From: Planctomycetota bacterium
Lineage (GTDB): Bacteria; Planctomycetota; Brocadiia; JAADGH01
DNA length: 64,000 nucleotides
Assembly: GCA_040755855.1 (NCBI GenBank)
Contig: JBFMAD010000003.1
Location: 241,695 to 305,694 of the forward strand
Reading direction: 5' to 3'
In this document: in pieces, positions 60,419-64,000 of the stretch
How positions within the stretch are numbered: position 1 is the first letter of the stretch
Layout of the letters: each line of letters opens with the position of its first letter
Translations under genes and position numbers: made by a program
The notes under the pieces: generated by a model
What the model saw: only the letters and a program-made list of their open reading frames with translations
Told to the model about the DNA's origin: nothing
Databases searched by the model: none

Positions 60419-61744
60419 CTACAGCTCCGGCCACGTCTTTCGCGCGCGGGCCTTCATCTCATCCACCACGTCCGGGCGCCGGTCGGCCACGTCTGTCAGC
60501 TCGTCCCAGTCCTCCGTCGTGTGATAGAGTTGCAGCTTCCGCTTCGCGCCGCGGGTCATCGGGAAGATTGCGTTCCACTCCTTCGTCCGCACCGAGCCGA
60601 AGTCGTGATACGCCGAGACCACGTGCTCCCGGATCGCCCGGCCCTTGACCGTGGGCCAGAAGTCCAGCCCCGTCGCCCGCCCCGGCACATCCTGGCCCAG
60701 CAGGCGCAGAAACGTGGGCATGAAGTCCACCGCCGACACCAGCTCCGTCACGCGCTTCCCCGCAAGCGCAGGATCGGGATGATGGATGATAAGCGGCAGC
60801 CGCACCACTTGATGGTGCAGCAGGTCCGGGTGCTTCTGCACGCGACCGTGCTCGCCCATCTCCGTGCCGTGATCGGTGGTAAAGACAACGATCGAGTCCT
60901 CGAACAGCCCCAGCCGCTCGATGGTGTCGAGTAGAAATCCCGCCCACCGGTCGGTCAGCGTCAGCAGGCCGCAATACATCCCCTTGATTGCGGGGAAGTC
61001 CTCCGGCTTGACCAGCTTGGGCGGGATGCCGTAGCAGAAGATGAACCGCTCGCACGGATACTTGTCGTAGTACTTCGCCGCGTAGTCCTTGGGGCAGTCG
61101 AACGGCTCGTGCGGGTCGAAGGTATCCACCCACAGGAAGAACGGCTTCTTGTCCACATTGTTCTCCAGCCAGCGCGACGCAGCGCGGAAGGACCGGGCGC
61201 AGAAATAATCCTCCTCCGTCCTCATGTCCTGCGTGTTCCACAGATATTCCAAGAGGGCCTGGTGGGTCTGCTCGCACCACATGTGCTCCGGCACGTAGTC
61301 CTTCGTGTTGAACTTCGTGAGCGGGGCGGTCTTCCACGGGTCGCGCTCCTGGCCGCGGACGAACTCCCATGTCTTGAAGCCGCGATGGAGGTTCATGTTC
61401 GGCTTGAAGTAGTGCCACACGTCCGTGATCAGGCCGGTGAAGTATCCCTGCTCCTTCAGGACTTCCGCCAGGGCCACGTCGTCGTTCTCCATCGGGTTCC
61501 ATCCGGCGAGGCGGGGATAGACGCCCTTCGGCTGCGGCTCGTTCAGATCGTAGGGCAGGAGCGACCGGCCGGTGAAGAAGACCCGCCGCGCCTGGATGGT
61601 GGGCAGCGACTCGCCGTAGGCCTGCTCAAAGAGGATGGACTTTTTGGCAAATGCGTCGAGGCAGGGCGTCTCGATCCAGTCGTTGCCGTAGCAGCCCATG
61701 TAGTCGGCGCGAAAGGTGTCGGTGCAGATCACGATCAGATTCAC
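60419..61744 (-). CDS. Sulfatase-like (alkaline phosphatase superfamily) protein with non-canonical TIQAR motif
   Basis: NLIVICTDTFRAD, SLPTIQARR..FTG, FDPHEP, TTDHG; minus-strand TTGACC-N17-TATGAT promoter at 61790-61818. Confidence 0.85.
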   Translation of the reverse strand: MNLIVICTDTFRADYMGCYGNDWIETPCLDAFAKKSILFEQAYGESLPTIQARRVFFTGRSLLPYDLNEPQPKGVYPRLAGWNPMENDDVALAEVLKEQGYFTGLITDVWHYFKPNMNLHRGFKTWEFVRGQERDPWKTAPLTKFNTKDYVPEHMWCEQTHQALLEYLWNTQDMRTEEDYFCARSFRAASRWLENNVDKKPFFLWVDTFDPHEPFDCPKDYAAKYYDKYPCERFIFCYGIPPKLVKPEDFPAIKGMYCGLLTLTDRWAGFLLDTIERLGLFEDSIVVFTTDHGTEMGEHGRVQKHPDLLHHQVVRLPLIIHHPDPALAGKRVTELVSAVDFMPTFLRLLGQDVPGRATGLDFWPTVKGRAIREHVVSAYHDFGSVRTKEWNAIFPMTRGAKRKLQLYHTTEDWDELTDVADRRPDVVDEMKARARKTWPEL

Positions 61745-61848
61745 AAGTCGCTCCTTTCCGATGGAAAACTTCGGGGAACCACGGGGACTATCATACCGGC
61801 CCGGCGGGACATGGTCAAGGCGCGAGCGCGGGCAAGCCCGCCCGATCC

Positions 61849-61875
61849 GTCATTCCCGCGGAGGCTGGAATCCAG
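61849..61875. repeat. REP/dRS3-like palindrome
   Basis: GTCATTCCCGCGGAGGCTGGAATCCAG, a variant of the widespread GTCATTCCCGCG..GCGGGAATCCAG element. Confidence 0.7.
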
Positions 61876-61990
61876 ATTCCACCACGGAGCTACCATGTAA
61901 GAGGAGAAAGGCCAGTTGCCTCCGGACGAGATTTGGGATAGGTTTTAGTTGTGTCGTGAACCGTATCTCAAGTTTCGAGGAGGACTGGCC

Positions 61991-63088
61991 ATGGTGAATT
62001 ATATGTTGGTTGGGTGTGATTTGCACGACAAAAGTATGCTGCTTCAGATTGCGCACAATAGGGAGAAGGCGGTGACGCGGTCGTTCGGTACGGATCGGGC
62101 AGGTCGGAGTCGTGCGATTGTGGAGTTGAAGCGAAGGGCGGAGGAGGCGGGTGGGGCGGAGATCGTGTTTGCGTATGAGGCTTGTGCGCAGGGTTTCGGG
62201 TTGCATGACGATTTGACGGAGGATGGGATCAGGTGTTTTGTGTTGGCGCCGACGAGGATATCGCGTTCGACGAAGGCGAGGAAGAACAAGACGGACGAGA
62301 AGGATGGGGATAGGATATTGGAGTTGCTTCGGGGTCACGTGTTGGCGGGTAACAAGCTTCCGTCGGTGTGGGTTCCGGACGCTGGTACGCGGGACGACCG
62401 GGAGGTGGTGCGTACGCGCGTGGATTTGGGGGAAAGGAGCGGTCGTTTGCGGACGCAGATAGGGAGTTTGCTTCGCCGCTGTGACGTTGGGAAGCCGGCG
62501 GGTGTGGGTAAGAAGTGGACGAAGGGTCATCGGCGATGGCTGAAGGGCTTGTTGAGGGCGGGGTCTGTGTTGGGTGCGGGAGCTCGTCAGGCGCTGGGAT
62601 CGCTATTGCGCCAGTTGGCGTTTTACGAGGAGGAGGTGAAGCGCAGCGATGGGGATGTGGAGGTGTTGTCGGAGGATGTTCGGTATAGGTCGTCGGTGAG
62701 AGCGCTGTGCGAGTTGAAGGGGGTGCAGGTGTTGACGGCGATGGTGTTTTTGACGGAGATGGGGGATTTGAGTCGGTTCGAGAATCGTCGTCAGATAGGG
62801 AGTTACCTGGGATTGGTTCCATCGAGTGCGGAGAGTGGGGAGGATTCGGATCGGAAGGGGCACATCACGCATCAGGGATCGCGGCGGGCGCGGAGGATAT
62901 TGTGCCAGGCGAGTTGGGCGCGAGTTCGGAGCGATGCGAAGGAGAAGGGGTGGTATGAGCAGGTGGTGTTGCGCAATCCGAAGCACAAGAAGATAGCGAT
63001 TGTGGGTAGCATGCGCCGGTTGGGGATAGTGATGTGGCATCGCGCGTTGGCGGCGCAACAAAAGGAGGCTGCGGCGGGAGGGGGATGA
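61991..63088 (+). CDS. IS110 family DEDD recombinase/transposase
   Basis: GCDLH, YEA..QG, KTDEKD (DEDD); C-terminal Tnp20 domain RF.....SYLGLVP....SG......HIT..G; RBS GAGGAGG. Confidence 0.95.
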   Translation: MVNYMLVGCDLHDKSMLLQIAHNREKAVTRSFGTDRAGRSRAIVELKRRAEEAGGAEIVFAYEACAQGFGLHDDLTEDGIRCFVLAPTRISRSTKARKNKTDEKDGDRILELLRGHVLAGNKLPSVWVPDAGTRDDREVVRTRVDLGERSGRLRTQIGSLLRRCDVGKPAGVGKKWTKGHRRWLKGLLRAGSVLGAGARQALGSLLRQLAFYEEEVKRSDGDVEVLSEDVRYRSSVRALCELKGVQVLTAMVFLTEMGDLSRFENRRQIGSYLGLVPSSAESGEDSDRKGHITHQGSRRARRILCQASWARVRSDAKEKGWYEQVVLRNPKHKKIAIVGSMRRLGIVMWHRALAAQQKEAAAGGG

Positions 63089-63179
63089 GGGGGGCCTGGT
63101 GGGGGCAGCTGATCGCGGTGAGGGCGGGGAGTTCTGGATGGTGAAATCAAGAAAGAATTGCCTCAAAGGAAAAGGAGGA

Positions 63180-63380
63180 GAAGATATCCGCGATGTTTGA
63201 TCCGCCTGCCGACTTCGTAGGGCCGAGATCGATAGTGTCCTGGGTGTTCCCCGTCACGAAGCTTGATCCGTCCCTGGCGTCACGGCAACTGGATCTTCCC
63301 CTGTTGGTCGGAACGATCGAATAGCAGACGGCGCGAGATCGACAACGGCGGATACGCCCATCCCAGACCTTATCCTGGCA
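63180..63380 (+). ncRNA. Candidate bridge/seek RNA in the IS right end
   Basis: Non-coding; nested stems (GATCC/GGATC, TGCCG/CGGCA, CTTCGT/ACGAAG); second stem-loop carries ATAGCAG (63321-27), identical to the element's own end. Boundaries are approximate. Confidence 0.55.
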
Positions 63381-63434
63381 ATGGCTCTTGACAAAACCTT
63401 ACATAGCAGATCACGAAGGGCGCGAAGGGGGGCA

Positions 63435-63625
63435 AATGCCGAATGGCGAACCCCGCGCCCCGCGGGGCGAATGACGAAAGAAGCCGGAAGTCCGAAAAAG
63501 AAGCCAGAGACGGACGCAGATCAACGTGAATGTCTGGCCTGTGCCACGCTCAAGATTCGGCTTGAGCGTGTCTTTGATTGTCCTTCACTCCGCAATCCGC
63601 ACTCCGCATTCCTCATTCGGCATTC
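63435..63625. repeat. Composite heptamer-repeat/hairpin region
   Basis: AATGCCG/AATGGCG/AATGACG run and complementary ACTCCGC/AATCCGC/ATTCCTC/ATTCGGC run, with internal hairpins. Confidence 0.6.
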
Positions 63626-64000
63626 ACCCACCTCTGCGTGAGACTTTTTTGTCGAATTTTTGCAGGTTATGATGTATACTGTTTCTGTCCGGTCGTGGGT
63701 GAGTCCGGGCGTTTCACTTCACACCACACCGGGCGGCATGCCGTGACATGAAACATATGCGGGATGGGGAGATAAGCATGGTGTCCGGATCTCTTTGCAA
63801 AAAGTAGAAAGTTAAGATCAGACCCCTATAGTCCTATGGTACTCTATTTTGATGTTTTTGGGACCGCACTGATATTAGTACCTTACCGCTAAGATCATTG
63901 TCAAAATGGTCATGATTTTTGATTCATGCAATAGCGTTTTGAGTAAACCCTGGGAGAATGACCATCTCTCGAAGCTTGAGGGCCATGGCTGTCACGGTGC

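Larger units (their letters stand above)
61890..63409 (+). mobile_element. IS110-family insertion sequence, IS1111-type (about 1.52 kb)
   Basis: Transposase; sub-terminal IRs ATGTAAG (61895-61901) / CTTACAT (63398-63404); flanking AG core (61888-89, 63408-09); outward -35 TTGACA at 63388; long 3' non-coding end. Confidence 0.8.

Noticed and set aside
63381..63641. 86-aa ORF after the IS
   Set aside because: Crosses the inferred IS boundary and is made of short repeats.
63640..64000. AT-rich terminal region as a gene or mobile-element end
   Set aside because: Only weak promoter-like and short repeat signals; truncated by the window edge, so no call is supportable.

Overview
GC-rich chromosomal window from an apparently anaerobic bacterium, probably Planctomycetota/PVC. 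This is inferred from LEPR-XLL-like N-terminal motifs, sulfatases, a TPR/vWA/ExbBD cluster, a BMC shell gene, AOR and BadF-type ATPases. Left to right: carbohydrate/sulfatase genes; a CHASE2 cyclase; two signal-peptide-less LEPR-XLL-like repeat proteins (one behind a consensus sigma54 promoter); an FHA-GAF-sigma54 activator heading a vWA-TPR-TPR-ExbB-ExbD-ExbD operon; a stand-alone rplC with its own promoter and structured leader; queC-DUF366-queE; an AT-rich islet (SprT-like HExxH ORF, four co-varying 48-bp palindromes, AbiEi/AbiEii type IV TA); a large CoA-dehydratase activase; a satellite BMC-T gene; three tRNAs (Arg-TCG, Leu-GAG, His-GTG); ABC/HlyD and MarR-RND efflux genes; UroD-like, DUF1566, HAD, ferredoxin/AOR, STAS and a Thr-motif sulfatase-like gene; and an apparently complete IS110/IS1111-type element. 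For that element, the ends, AG core, circle-junction promoter, empty target (a 9-bp-period repeat) and a candidate bridge/seek RNA can be reconstructed by eye. Best leads: the palindrome array with SprT and AbiE, the IS1111-type element, and the orphan rplC. No CRISPR array or rRNA was seen. All product calls are motif recognition by eye; no searches were run.
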